This document shows, one piece after another, positions 49,755 to 59,769 of a DNA stretch of 64,000 bases. The stretch's first letter is position 1. Each line of letters begins with the position of its first letter. The stretch comes from Nitrospirota bacterium (lineage in GTDB: Bacteria > Nitrospirota > UBA9217): the NCBI GenBank assembly GCA_963840455.1, contig CAWIYV010000007.1, positions 192,001 through 256,000 on the forward strand, read 5' to 3'. The translations under genes were made by a program, and so were the position numbers. Below the pieces are notes generated by a model. The model searched no databases, was not told the DNA's origin, and was given only the letters and a program-made list of their open reading frames with translations.

Positions 49755-50027
49755 CTTCGTCCCGGGAAAAGCATTTTGACAGGTCAGAAGCGGATTGACA
49801 GCGCAATCCTTTGGCGGGTGAATCAAGGAGTCAGAGCATTCCTCACAGTTTGTTGCGGGGTAAGCAATCGTTCAGGACAACAAGAGTTCCTTGAGGCTCG
49901 AAGCTCGTTGTAGTCTGGCGCGGGGAGTTTCAACTGACCATCAAGAACAAATGCTCCGTTATCTGACCCGTATCCGATTTGATCCGTATCAAATGCCGTT
50001 TATCGGTTCATGCGTCAAACCAAATAC

Positions 50028-50063
50028 AAAGAGGGCCAGGAGCTGTTCTCCTGACCCTCTTTG
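50028..50063. terminator. Bidirectional terminator hairpin
   Basis: AAAGAGGGCCAGGAG-ctgtt-CTCCTGACCCTCTTT between convergent genes. Confidence 0.7.
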
Positions 50064-50080
50064 TCGTTCTTGACTCTCGC

Positions 50081-51421
50081 TTAGATGCGGTCGACGTCCA
50101 CGACGAGCTTGATCTTTTGGCCCGCGCGGACCGAGCGGATGCCGTCGTTCCACTGTCGGATGTCCGCCACGGTGACATCGTGCTTGCTGGCGATCCGGGT
50201 GAGGTTGTCGCCGCGGCGTACGCGGTAAAGGATCTGCTGCTTTTTTCCGGTCTGGTCCGGCGACAGGTAACTGACGTCCTGCTGTTTCGCATTGGCGTCC
50301 ACCGGGATGAGCAGGTGCTTGCCCGGAATGATCCGGTTCTTCTTCAGATTATTGATATCGCGAATAGCCTCGGGCGAGGTGTTGTATTGCGTTGCGATAC
50401 CCACAAGCGTTTCTCCCTTGGCAACCAGATGGCGTTCCCAGCGGATCTTCTGATCGGCAGGTATTGAAGCGAAGCTGGCGCTAAATTGGTCGCCGGTCCC
50501 CTTGGGGACACGGAGGATGTAGTTCGTCGCGTCCGGCGGCGTGACCCAGCGCTTCAGCTCCGGGTTCAGCTCCTTGATGACATCGTAGGTGGTGCCAGCG
50601 CAGCGGGCAGCCAAGCGGAGATCGATGCTTTCGCTGATGATCACTTCATCAAATACGAACAGGTCGTAGGGCTGGATGGCGAACCCGTAGGCCTCGGGAT
50701 TCTTGGCGATGATGGTCGCCGCCATGTACTTGGGGACGTAGTTCTTCGTCTCACGCCTGATGTACCTCGATGCCTTCAGGTCCCAGAAATCCTCGGAGCG
50801 TGTCCGGAGGACCGCGCGCTGGACCTTGCCTGCGCCGGCGTTGTACGATGCCATCGCGAGCGGCCATGATCCGAAGAGGTTGTGCAGGTCCTTCAGGTGC
50901 TCGGCAGCTGCCTGGGTCGACTTGATGGGATCTTTCCGTTCATCGACCCACCAGTCGATCTTCAGACCGTAGAGCTTGCCTGTCTCGGGCATGAACTGCC
51001 AGGGGCCGACCGCGCGCGCCCAGGAGATCGCATAGGGATTGAAGCCGCTCTCGATCATGGCAACGTAGACGAGGTCTTCAGGAAGGTTTTTCTCGCGGAA
51101 GATGTCCTTCATGACGGGGATATAGCGTGCTGACCGGTCGAGCCATTTCTGGAACACGTCGCGGCCCCGGGTCTTGAAGTATTCCATATGGTTCTCAACG
51201 CTATCGTTCAGGACCATCGGGATCTGGTAGGGTTTTTCCTCGAGATAGCCGTCGAGGTTCTCGTCGATTTGGGCAATGTCCTGCTGGGGTGGCTTCAGTT
51301 CATGGGGAATGACCTGCTCGGCAGCCTGGGCTGTTGTTTCCGCGAAGGCAGTGGAGTGCTGGATGGGGAGGACAATAGCTGCGCTCAGCAACAGAGAATG
51401 AACGGTGATCCGGTAACTCAT
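50081..51421 (-). CDS. mltD: Lytic murein transglycosylase with two LysM domains
   Basis: IESGFNP, GPWQFM, SYNAG, ETKNYVPK; two LysM repeats. Confidence 0.9.
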   Translation of the reverse strand: MSYRITVHSLLLSAAIVLPIQHSTAFAETTAQAAEQVIPHELKPPQQDIAQIDENLDGYLEEKPYQIPMVLNDSVENHMEYFKTRGRDVFQKWLDRSARYIPVMKDIFREKNLPEDLVYVAMIESGFNPYAISWARAVGPWQFMPETGKLYGLKIDWWVDERKDPIKSTQAAAEHLKDLHNLFGSWPLAMASYNAGAGKVQRAVLRTRSEDFWDLKASRYIRRETKNYVPKYMAATIIAKNPEAYGFAIQPYDLFVFDEVIISESIDLRLAARCAGTTYDVIKELNPELKRWVTPPDATNYILRVPKGTGDQFSASFASIPADQKIRWERHLVAKGETLVGIATQYNTSPEAIRDINNLKKNRIIPGKHLLIPVDANAKQQDVSYLSPDQTGKKQQILYRVRRGDNLTRIASKHDVTVADIRQWNDGIRSVRAGQKIKLVVDVDRI

Positions 51422-51658
51422 TAAGCCTCCTATGATTTCTTATATTAATAAATACCCGATTAGGTTGCTAAAGTCAAGATAAAAATACCATAATATTTAG
51501 GAAAGTCATTGTTTTTCTGTATGGCTTCCCGGTAATGGGACGCCTCGAGACTGGACAGGCTATTTCGTACAAAAGTTGTATGCGGAAGCGCATTGCGGGT
51601 CTCTCCGGTGTTGTCATCTGACCTTGAATTTGCCCGTGCTGTCCTGTATCATGGCGCC

Positions 51659-52414
51659 ATGACAGCAGGCATGATCGAGGAGGTCTTCGCATCGGTGCAG
51701 GGAGAAGGGCCGAGGGCGGGCCAGCGGCACATCTTCATCCGGTTCATCGGTTGCGACCTCCGCTGTTCATACTGCGACACACCGGAAGCGGTCAAGGAAT
51801 TTGCCGAAGGGGGGCAGCAGCGGCCCTGCCGGGCGCAGGTGTCAGCCACGTCGTTCGACCGGGAGTTGGTGCCGAATCCGATCGTACCCGCAGCGCTTAC
51901 CGGTCTCTGCTCGCGGCTTCTCCTTCCGGGTCCGTCGCGTCCTGTCGTTAGCCTCACCGGCGGCGAACCGCTCCTGCATGATGTGTTCCTTAAAGAATGG
52001 CTGCCCTCTGTACGTGCACGTTTCACCATCTATCTTGAGACCAGCGGCATCCATCATGAGAACATGCACAGCCTTGCCGGCCTGGTCGATGTCGTCAGTA
52101 TGGACATCAAACTTCCCTCCTCTACTGGTGAACGTCCGCGCTGGGAAGAACACTGGAAGTTCCTGTCAGCGGCCGCAGGCCCGGTGCTATTCGTGAAAGC
52201 CGTGGTCACGCGGACGACGTCGGACGATGATGTTGCCACCGCCGCCCGATTGCTCGCACAGCATGACCGGCGTCTAACATTCATCATCCAGCCTGCCGGC
52301 GGGACCTTCGCCCCTGACCCGAAGGACGTGCTGCGGTTCCAGCACCTTGCCCTTGCATTGCTCGAGGATGTACGAGTGTTGCCCCAGGTGCACAAAGTGC
52401 TGGGAATGCCTTAA
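51659..52414 (+). CDS. queE: 7-carboxy-7-deazaguanine synthase
   Basis: EVFASVQGEG, GCDLRCSYCDT, TGGEPL, LETSG, PQVHK. Confidence 0.88.
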   Translation: MTAGMIEEVFASVQGEGPRAGQRHIFIRFIGCDLRCSYCDTPEAVKEFAEGGQQRPCRAQVSATSFDRELVPNPIVPAALTGLCSRLLLPGPSRPVVSLTGGEPLLHDVFLKEWLPSVRARFTIYLETSGIHHENMHSLAGLVDVVSMDIKLPSSTGERPRWEEHWKFLSAAAGPVLFVKAVVTRTTSDDDVATAARLLAQHDRRLTFIIQPAGGTFAPDPKDVLRFQHLALALLEDVRVLPQVHKVLGMP

Positions 52415-52489
52415 GGAATAAGGTCAAGATTCAGGAGCCCAAGAGCAAGGACGGGTCACAGGACGGATCGGCAGAGACAAGGAAACCCT

Positions 52490-53923
52490 TTGGACTTTCA
52501 ACTCCTCTCACAGGTCGTCGATGAGCTTGCCAACATCCTTCGTGGTGCGAAGGTGGACAAGGTGGTCCAAGGCCCCGGCGAAAGACTTCTCCTCGTCTTC
52601 CATCAGGCAAAAAAGAACTATTACCTGTTACTCTCTCCGGACCGTTCGCTTCCCCGCATGCATCTGGTTTCCCCGAAGCCTGCAGGTACAGGCACCCCAG
52701 CAGGGTTCTCTCTCTATCTCAGAAAACATCTTACCGGCAGCCGCGTCCAGGGCATCCGTATTCTGGACCGGGACCGTGTCGTTGAGCTCCTGTTCACAGG
52801 CCCTCATGGTCCTTCTCTCCTCATCTTCGAGCTGACCGGCTCGGTCACGAACATCCTCCTGACCGATGCCTCTCGTACGATCCTATCGGTCCTTCATCCC
52901 GTGCCGCCGGGAGACAGGGTCAGGAGGCCATTCCTTCCCGGTCTGACCTATCTTCCTCCTGAAAAACGGCCACGTACGGCAACGGCAACGCGCGGCAGCG
53001 TCACCGTCGCCCCCGTGGAAGGGTACGATGGGATTGCGCCGGTCAACAGAGCCGTGGAAGCATGGTACGAACGGGCCATTGCCGAACGAGAGGCTTCCTC
53101 GCTTAGGCAACAGCTCATTTCGGCGCTAAAAAAAGCAACGGCCCGCGCCGAGCGCAGACAGGAGGCGGTTTCCGGAGATGTCGCCGGAGCGGAGCGGGGA
53201 GACGAATACCGCCTGGCCGGCGATATGCTGCTCGCGAACAAGCACCGGATAACGAAAGGGCAGGAACGCGCAGAACTTCCCGGCTATGATGGCACGCTGG
53301 TTTCCGTTCCCCTTGACCCGGCGCGTACACCCGTGGAGAATGCCAACCGGTATTATCAGCGCTACAAGAAGGCCAAGGCCGGGCTTGCGATGATGCGGGA
53401 GCGGCTCGCGGAGGCAGGCGAAGAGGTCGCGTTCCTCAGGACTGTGCGCGAGGACCTGGATGCTGCTGAAGACCGGGAGAGGCTGCTCGCGGTCCGGTCC
53501 CTGCTGGCGCAGCGCGGGTATGTCCGGGACGCTGCAGGGAGGTCCCCGGGAAAACGCGCCGCGGCTTCGCCGCCCTTCCGGACGATCGAATTTGAAGGAT
53601 GGCACATCCTGGTGGGGAAGAGCGCTGCAGGCAATGATTATATCACCATGAGGCTTGCCCGCCCTGACGATCTATGGCTTCACGCCGAAGGCATGCCGGG
53701 CTCCCACGTGGTCGTGAGGAACCCCGGTGTACGTGACATCCCTGAGGGGGTCCTCCGAAAAGCGGCTTCCCTGGCTGCCTACTACAGCAAGGGGAAAAGC
53801 TCCGCCAAGGTCCCCGTAGCGTACACACGGGCGGCGCTGGTGAAGAAGCCGAAGGGGGCCGGTCAGGGCACGGTGGTCCTCACTGGGAGGAGGACCATCA
53901 TGGCCGTTCCTGAACTCGACTAA
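52490..53923 (+). CDS. rqcH: NFACT/RqcH (FbpA-like) ribosome quality-control protein
   Basis: LRKHLTG, DRVVEL, ELTG..NILL, VGKSAAGND, WLHAEGMPGSHV, AAYYSK. Confidence 0.82.
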   Translation: MDFQLLSQVVDELANILRGAKVDKVVQGPGERLLLVFHQAKKNYYLLLSPDRSLPRMHLVSPKPAGTGTPAGFSLYLRKHLTGSRVQGIRILDRDRVVELLFTGPHGPSLLIFELTGSVTNILLTDASRTILSVLHPVPPGDRVRRPFLPGLTYLPPEKRPRTATATRGSVTVAPVEGYDGIAPVNRAVEAWYERAIAEREASSLRQQLISALKKATARAERRQEAVSGDVAGAERGDEYRLAGDMLLANKHRITKGQERAELPGYDGTLVSVPLDPARTPVENANRYYQRYKKAKAGLAMMRERLAEAGEEVAFLRTVREDLDAAEDRERLLAVRSLLAQRGYVRDAAGRSPGKRAAASPPFRTIEFEGWHILVGKSAAGNDYITMRLARPDDLWLHAEGMPGSHVVVRNPGVRDIPEGVLRKAASLAAYYSKGKSSAKVPVAYTRAALVKKPKGAGQGTVVLTGRRTIMAVPELD

Positions 53924-53939
53924 AGTTGCAGATTGTTTC

Positions 53940-53968
53940 TTGACAAGGTCTTCCCATCTGCCTATAAT
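53940..53968 (+). promoter_or_regulatory. Consensus sigma70 promoter
   Basis: Perfect TTGACA-17 nt-TATAAT, about 30 nt before the ATG at 54001. Confidence 0.75.
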
Positions 53969-54000
53969 TGCCCATATTTTATTTACTCTCCGGTACGTCC

Positions 54001-54453
54001 ATGGAAACCATAGATCTGCTGAAAAAGAACCTGCTCTTCAAAGGCTGCACCCACGATGACTTCGAGCTTCTCTCGGGCCTGTTCGTGGAACGCAAGGTGA
54101 GCGCCAACACGACCATTTTCAGTGAAAAGATGCCGGGCGAAGCCCTGTATATCATCAAAAGCGGCGAGATCAGGATATCGCTCATGGCAGGCGAAGGCGA
54201 GGAGGTCGGCCTGCTGCAGCTCGGCCCCGGCGACTTCTTCGGGGAGATCGCCCTGCTCCAGGAATCGAGCCGTGCCGTCACCGCGCGGTCGGAGACCGCC
54301 GCTGAGGTCATCATGCTCAGCCGGAAGGATTTCCTCGCGCTTCTGGACCTCGACCCGCGGGTCGCGGCAAAGGTCACCCTCTCCATCGCACGGCTGTTGG
54401 CGATGCGCGTCAAAGCATACAGCACCAAGCTCCGGGAACACCTCCTTTCATGA
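54001..54453 (+). CDS. Stand-alone cyclic-nucleotide-binding domain protein
   Basis: LYIIKSG, GDFFGEIALL...RAVTA; no HTH tail. Confidence 0.85.
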   Translation: METIDLLKKNLLFKGCTHDDFELLSGLFVERKVSANTTIFSEKMPGEALYIIKSGEIRISLMAGEGEEVGLLQLGPGDFFGEIALLQESSRAVTARSETAAEVIMLSRKDFLALLDLDPRVAAKVTLSIARLLAMRVKAYSTKLREHLLS

Positions 54454-55409
54454 TCCTGGCCGGGATCGATATCGGCACGAACACCATCCGACTGCTGGTG
54501 ACAAAGACCAGCGACACCTCACATCAGGAACTGTATTCAGGCAGGACCATCACCCGTCTCGGGCAGGGCCTCGACCGCACCGGAGCGCTCGCTCCTGACG
54601 CGCAGGAGCGGACCCTCAAAGTCCTCGAGGAATTTGCCGCGATCATCACGAACCATGCCGTCGATCGCACGGCGGCCGTCGGGACGAGCGCGCTCCGGAA
54701 CGCTGCGAACGCCGCGGAGTTCATCACAGGAGCAAAACAGCGCGCCGGGATCGGCATCACGATCATAAGCGGCGAGGAGGAGGCGCAGCTTACGCTCACG
54801 GGTGTCCGTCACGCCCTTTCACGCGGCGGCAACGCCGGTGCGGATCCCCTTGCGTCAGCCCTGGTGATTGACATCGGCGGCGGCAGCACCGAGCTCATCG
54901 TGACCCGCCAGGGCGGTATCGCGTCTCTGGAGAGCCTTCCGCTGGGCGCCGTATATCTTACCGAACGATTCGTGCATCACGATCCCCCCTCAAGAGACGA
55001 ATTGGACAACCTCCGAAAGGCCGTCACGCGAGAACTGGATGCTCTTCATGCAAAGCACATCCGTCCTGCTTCCCTCACGACCTGCGCGGGTACGGCCGGC
55101 ACGATAACGACCCTTGCCGCCATGGACCAGGAGCTCAAGGCATATGATCCCGACAGGATCAACGGATACGTGCTGTCGAGAGCATCCCTCGACAGCATGG
55201 TGGCCGTGCTGTCCGTGACCACGCTGGATGCAAGAAGAACGATCGCAGGCCTCGAGCATGGTCGTGAGGACATCATCCTGGCCGGCGCCATCATTGCCCA
55301 GGAGATCATGGACCGCTGTGGCGCCCAAGGGATGCTGGTGAGCGACTGGGGGCTGCGCGAAGGGATAGTGTTCGATCTGTACGAGAAATCGAGAAACGGC
55401 AAAGGATGA
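54450..55409 (+). CDS. ppx: Ppx/GppA-family phosphatase
   Basis: IDIGTNTIRL, TSALR, ISGEEEA, DIGGGSTE, GLREG. Confidence 0.88.
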   Translation: MILAGIDIGTNTIRLLVTKTSDTSHQELYSGRTITRLGQGLDRTGALAPDAQERTLKVLEEFAAIITNHAVDRTAAVGTSALRNAANAAEFITGAKQRAGIGITIISGEEEAQLTLTGVRHALSRGGNAGADPLASALVIDIGGGSTELIVTRQGGIASLESLPLGAVYLTERFVHHDPPSRDELDNLRKAVTRELDALHAKHIRPASLTTCAGTAGTITTLAAMDQELKAYDPDRINGYVLSRASLDSMVAVLSVTTLDARRTIAGLEHGREDIILAGAIIAQEIMDRCGAQGMLVSDWGLREGIVFDLYEKSRNGKG

Positions 55410-55741
55410 AAGGCTCTGCCGCGGAGGCGCAGAGGTCGCAGAGAGAACGCTCGTTGCTGATGGCTTATAGCTGAGCGCCATGACCGAGGGGCCGAGAGCC
55501 GCATGACCATGATGGATACCGATGGGAACGGATGGGGCATCACGTATCCCGCTGATTTTTGCCTGTGTATTATCCCTGAAAAGTGTAAAGCCGTACGCAT
55601 GAGTGGAACATCTGTAGCGCATCTGGGTTCCTCTGTGTTTTCGGTGCCTCTGTGGCGAAAACGATCCGCTTTTTGCTTCATATGGCCTTTTGTCATACAG
55701 CATGATTTCATAGTATAATTGATCATGAGAGGGCCTTCCCG

Positions 55742-57112
55742 ATGCCTGATGCACGCATACTCATCATGGACGACGAAGCGCAGGAACGCCACAGGATCGG
55801 CTCGTTCCTGAAACACAGGGGTTACGAGGTCACGGCCCTGGAGAGCGTGGCCGAAGCCATGACGGCCATGCAGCGCGAGCGCTACGACGTGTTCCTGACG
55901 GACTGCAACATTCCGGGCGTGGATGCGCTCCAGACTTCGGGCGAGGCCCGGAGGATCAATCCCGACATGGCGGTCATCATCATGACCTCCTTCGGCACTA
56001 TCGAGACCGCGGTCAAGGCCATCAGGGCCGGCGCCTACGACTACCTGCCCAAGCCCATCGATCTGGAACAGCTCGTCGTACTCATCAACCGCATCTCCGA
56101 ACGCCAGAGCCTCCTACGGGAGAATGCTTCGCTCCGGGAGCAGCTCCGGGAGCGCTACGCGTTCGAGCAGATCACCAGCACCAGCCATGCCATGGAAGAG
56201 GTCATGAACATGGCGGGACGCGTTGCGTCGAGCAATGCCACTGTCCTCTTGCGGGGGGAGAGCGGTACCGGCAAGGAGCTGATCGCACGGGCCATCCATT
56301 ACCACAGTCCCCGCGCGAGCCAGCCCCTCATCAAGGTGAATTGCGCCGCCCTGCCCGAAACGCTCCTGGAGAGCGAGCTCTTCGGCCATGAAAAGGGCGC
56401 CTTTACAGGCGCGGCGGGGAAGCGCATCGGACGGTTCGAGGCTGCGGACAAGGGGACGCTGTTCCTGGATGAGATCGGGGACATACCGTTGTCCGTTCAA
56501 GTAAAGCTCCTGCGGGTCCTCCAGGAGAAGGAGTTCGAGCGCATCGGCGGCAACGAGACCATCAAGACGGACGTGCGGCTGGTCGCGGCCACCAACCGTG
56601 ACCTGGAAAAAGCGATGAAGGACGGATCGTTCAGGGAAGACCTGTATTACCGGCTGAACGTGGTGACCGTCGCCATTCCTCCGCTCCGTGACCGGAAAGA
56701 GGACATCCCCGCGCTGATGGAACATTTCATCAAGAAGTACAGCATGGAGAACAAGAAGAAGATCACCGGTGTGACCGCGGAAGCGCGGGACCTGCTGATG
56801 CGCTACTCCTATCCCGGGAACGTGCGGGAGCTCGAGAACATCATCGAACGTGCCGTCGTACTGGTGAAGAGCGAGACCATTACCTCAGCGGAGATCCCGC
56901 TGCATCTGAAGACCGTGGAGATCGAGGAGAAGATCTGCGTGGCGAAGCGAGACGGGTCCTTGACCGACACCCTTGAAACGCTGGAGCGCGGCATCATCAT
57001 GGAAGCCATGAAGGCCGCTGGAGGCGTCCAGACCCGGGCAGCGGAAAAGCTCGGCATCAGCGAGCGGGTGTTGAGGTATAAGCTGACGAAGTACAAGATC
57101 AAGGAGCAATAA
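55742..57112 (+). CDS. Sigma54-dependent response regulator (NtrC family)
   Basis: Receiver domain, [29 protein letters not shown], Fis-type HTH. Confidence 0.93.
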   Translation: MPDARILIMDDEAQERHRIGSFLKHRGYEVTALESVAEAMTAMQRERYDVFLTDCNIPGVDALQTSGEARRINPDMAVIIMTSFGTIETAVKAIRAGAYDYLPKPIDLEQLVVLINRISERQSLLRENASLREQLRERYAFEQITSTSHAMEEVMNMAGRVASSNATVLLRGESGTGKELIARAIHYHSPRASQPLIKVNCAALPETLLESELFGHEKGAFTGAAGKRIGRFEAADKGTLFLDEIGDIPLSVQVKLLRVLQEKEFERIGGNETIKTDVRLVAATNRDLEKAMKDGSFREDLYYRLNVVTVAIPPLRDRKEDIPALMEHFIKKYSMENKKKITGVTAEARDLLMRYSYPGNVRELENIIERAVVLVKSETITSAEIPLHLKTVEIEEKICVAKRDGSLTDTLETLERGIIMEAMKAAGGVQTRAAEKLGISERVLRYKLTKYKIKEQ

Positions 57113-57113
57113 G

Positions 57114-57347
57114 ATGAAAAGTACCTGGTCGCTGATCATTGTCGCTGCTGCCGTCCTTCTCCTTCTGTTCTTCCTGTCATCCGCCGGAAAGAAGCCTCCC
57201 CTTATTCCTCTCGATAGCCTTCATGCCGATCTCAAGACGAATGAAGCATGCCTGCTCTGTCATGCACCCGGGAAGAGTGCTCCGCTGAAAGACACGCATC
57301 CCCCAAAGGAACAATGCGTTGTCTGTCATAAGCCTGGGAAAGGATGA
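57114..57347 (+). CDS. Small membrane-anchored dihaem cytochrome c
   Basis: N-terminal hydrophobic helix; CLLCH and CVVCH with two additional His. Confidence 0.7.
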   Translation: MKSTWSLIIVAAAVLLLLFFLSSAGKKPPLIPLDSLHADLKTNEACLLCHAPGKSAPLKDTHPPKEQCVVCHKPGKG

Positions 57348-57450
57348 GCGCTCGTTATGATACGGGCCGTTTGCTACTTCCTGATACATTCACAGAAGCC
57401 ATGATCATTCGGAGTACGATGTTCATTGAGAAATTGTCGGCTCTTCTATT

Positions 57451-57720
57451 TTATCTATTACAGGATTTCAGATTATTTGATTCGAAGGAGTTTATGTATA
57501 GTCGACTATTAAGAAATGCCCTTAACTCGATCAACGCATTGATTATACAAATATCACATGTTTTAGGGGAAAGAGATAGGGTCAGCGAAAGTGCTTTGAC
57601 CTGGCGCATGGAAAAAGTGCTTATCGAGGAAATGACGGAAACAGGAATGGTTCGACTAATATATCTCGAAAGACTGTCCCGAAAAATGCCTTTAATAGTA
57701 ACTAACGCTATAGAAAACAT
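57451..57720 (-). pseudogene. Remnant of a pilin-associated ABC transporter permease (Geobacter Xap-like)
   Basis: MFSIALVTIKGIFRD...ISTFSMRQVKALSLTLSLS resembles, from recall, the N-terminus of permeases found next to Geobacter pilA; truncated. Confidence 0.45.
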
Positions 57721-57756
57721 TTGGACGGTCCTTCAAAACCAAGAAGAAGCAGTAAT

Positions 57757-57792
57757 AAAAAAATCAAGGGTTGAGGAGCAGCCCTCAACCCT
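57757..57792 (-). terminator. Intrinsic terminator downstream of the pilin genes
   Basis: AGGGTTGAGG/CCTCAACCCT stem (57767-57792) with a minus-strand T tract. Confidence 0.7.
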
Positions 57793-58048
57793 CTGTCGTA
57801 ATCTGCTATAACTACCAAAATTAGATAGCCGTCTCTGAAGTGCAGTAGGTAGGTTTTCCGTTTATAAACGGCGTTGCAGTAGTAGGAGGCATTGACTGCA
57901 GTCCTCCGTTCGTATCATTTGACGATTGATACTATGCAGCGGCACAATATCCCATAGGAATAGACTTAATGTTAACAGTTACACCTGTCGAAGAAGCGTA
58001 CGTACCTCCTCCGAATATTGTTGAAACCATAGTGCAATTATTTTTTCT

Positions 58049-59426
58049 GGCTCTTCCGACTTTTCAATGGGCCTAAATTAGGCCCTGATAGCAATTTCAT
58101 CCGCCACTGGTGCGGTTAACTCGCTTTGCTTGTTCTTTGAAAACTTGACACGTTTGGGTGCAGGGAGTAAGGTCTTGTCTCATGAAAAGGACCTCGCTCC
58201 AGTCGCTCTACAGTTTTCCCGGTTTTCGAGCTCTCGCCACGCTCAAGGAAGCCCCTGGTGATCCAAGTGGCCGCGTTATTGTTCTTCGACGGCGGCAAAA
58301 AAAACGACCTGTTCCTGCGGGCACCGTCAAAAGGGCTTCTACGATCGGACAACCCATCAGATCCGGGACCTGGACGCTGGCGGCATCAGCATCTACTTGG
58401 AGTTCGAGTACCGCCGGGTGCGCTGCAAGAGGTGCCAGGCCGTGAAGCGAGAGACCTTGGCATGGCTTGCATCCTCCAAGCGCTTTACCGGGCGGTTCGA
58501 GCAGGCCATCGGCCGCCAGTGCCGGGAGATGTCCATTGCCCGAGTGGCCGAGATGAATCGCTTAAGCTGGGACCAGGTCCAGCGCATCGAGAAGAACTAT
58601 ATGCGCCAGCTCGTTGCCCAGCATCCGCCGTCAGATAATCTTCGGGCCATCGGAATCGACGAGGTTTCCATCTCCAAGGGCCATACCTATGCGATCGTCG
58701 TCGCCGACATGGATCAGCAGCGCCCGATCTGGCTTGGCGGCGAAGGCCGCAAGGAAGAGGATATGGACCTCTTCTTCAAGGAAATCGGGCCGGATCGAGC
58801 GAAAAGCATCCAACTCGCAGTCATGGACATGTGGAAGCCCTTCAGAAACTCCACGCTGAACCATGCGCCATCCGCCCAGCTTGTCTTCGATAAGTTCCAT
58901 GTGCTGAATCATCTTTCAAGAGCCATGGATGACGTCAGGCGGCGCGAGTACAAACGTGTCAGTGAGAAAGAACGACGGTTCATCAAGGGCCAGCGGTACA
59001 CGCTGCTTTCCAACCGGGAGAACCTGGATTTGGACGGCAAGCGGGCCTTGACGCTCCTGCTCAAGGCCAACAGCCGTATCCACAAGGCCTATCTTCTCAA
59101 AGAGTCTTTCAGCCAGCTCTGGTCGTACAACAATCCGACCTGGGCGCGGAAGTTCTTTGAGAACTGGAAAGCGCAGCTCCGATGGAGCCGCTTGGAACCC
59201 TTTCAGAAATTCGCTGCAATGATCGAGCGGCATTGGGATGGCATCATCAGCTACTGCCATCCCGATCACAAAGTCTCCCTCGGCTTCATGGAGGGATTAA
59301 ACAACAAGATACGAGTGATTCAACGTCGGGCCTACGGCATCAAGGACAGGGAGTATCTGCGACTCAAAGTGCTGACTTCCTTCCTCCCAGATGCCAAAAA
59401 GGACCCACACTAAACCCGGAAGACCC
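58049..59426 (+). mobile_element. ISL3-family insertion sequence (1378 bp)
   Basis: Terminal IRs GGCTCTTCCG / CGGAAGACCC; 8-bp direct repeat TTTTTTCT at 58041-58048 and 59427-59434. Confidence 0.93.
58182..59413 (+). CDS. ISL3 transposase (two frames joined by a -1 shift at an A8 run)
   Basis: ORF1 ...RRRQKK, then in the -1 frame TTCSCGH...CKRC zinc finger; GIDE, MDMW, FDKFH, EGLNNKIRVIQRRAYG. Confidence 0.88.
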
Positions 59427-59565
59427 TTTTTTCTTATCGTCGTTTCAGCAGATGCAGGTCCTGCAATTGCGAAGCAGAATATTACCGCGATCATTATAAC
59501 AATAATCTCTTTCATCTAAGGAGCTCATTTCTCAAGATGTTCTGAGATATGGTAATCGAGACTAA

Positions 59566-59769
59566 CTAAAAAACAGGATATGCCTGAGTATCAAGCACGG
59601 ATGCTTCCATCAGGGTCTTGAAATTTCTGAGATCGCTTTGGGCCGCTGCGTTGTAAGCTTTCACACGATATGACGCGAACTGCGGGATGGCGATGGCCGC
59701 CAGGATGGCGATGATTGCCACCACGATAAGGAGCTCGATAAGGGTAAAACCTTTCTTGTTCTTAAGCAT
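59566..59769 (-). CDS. pilA: Short type IVa major pilin (Geobacter PilA-N type, 60-aa mature peptide)
   Basis: KKG|FTLIELLIVVAII...IAIPQFASYRVKAYN..A.SDLRN; GGAGG RBS. Confidence 0.92.
   Translation of the reverse strand: MLKNKKGFTLIELLIVVAIIAILAAIAIPQFASYRVKAYNAAAQSDLRNFKTLMEASVLDTQAYPVF

Larger units (their letters stand above)
57821..59515 (-). pseudogene. PilA-C-like secreted pilin partner interrupted by ISL3 and a premature TAG
   Basis: Removing the IS and one TSD copy restores the frame: MKEIIVIMIAVIFCFAIAGPASA-ETTIRKNNCTMVSTIFGGGTYASSTGVTVNIKSIPMGYCAAA*YQSS...ETAI*; TAG at 57932-57934. Confidence 0.7.

Noticed and set aside
57344-57811. 155-aa plus-strand ORF
   Set aside because: No motif recognised, it runs through a terminator hairpin, and it is antisense to the permease remnant; probably spurious but not excluded.
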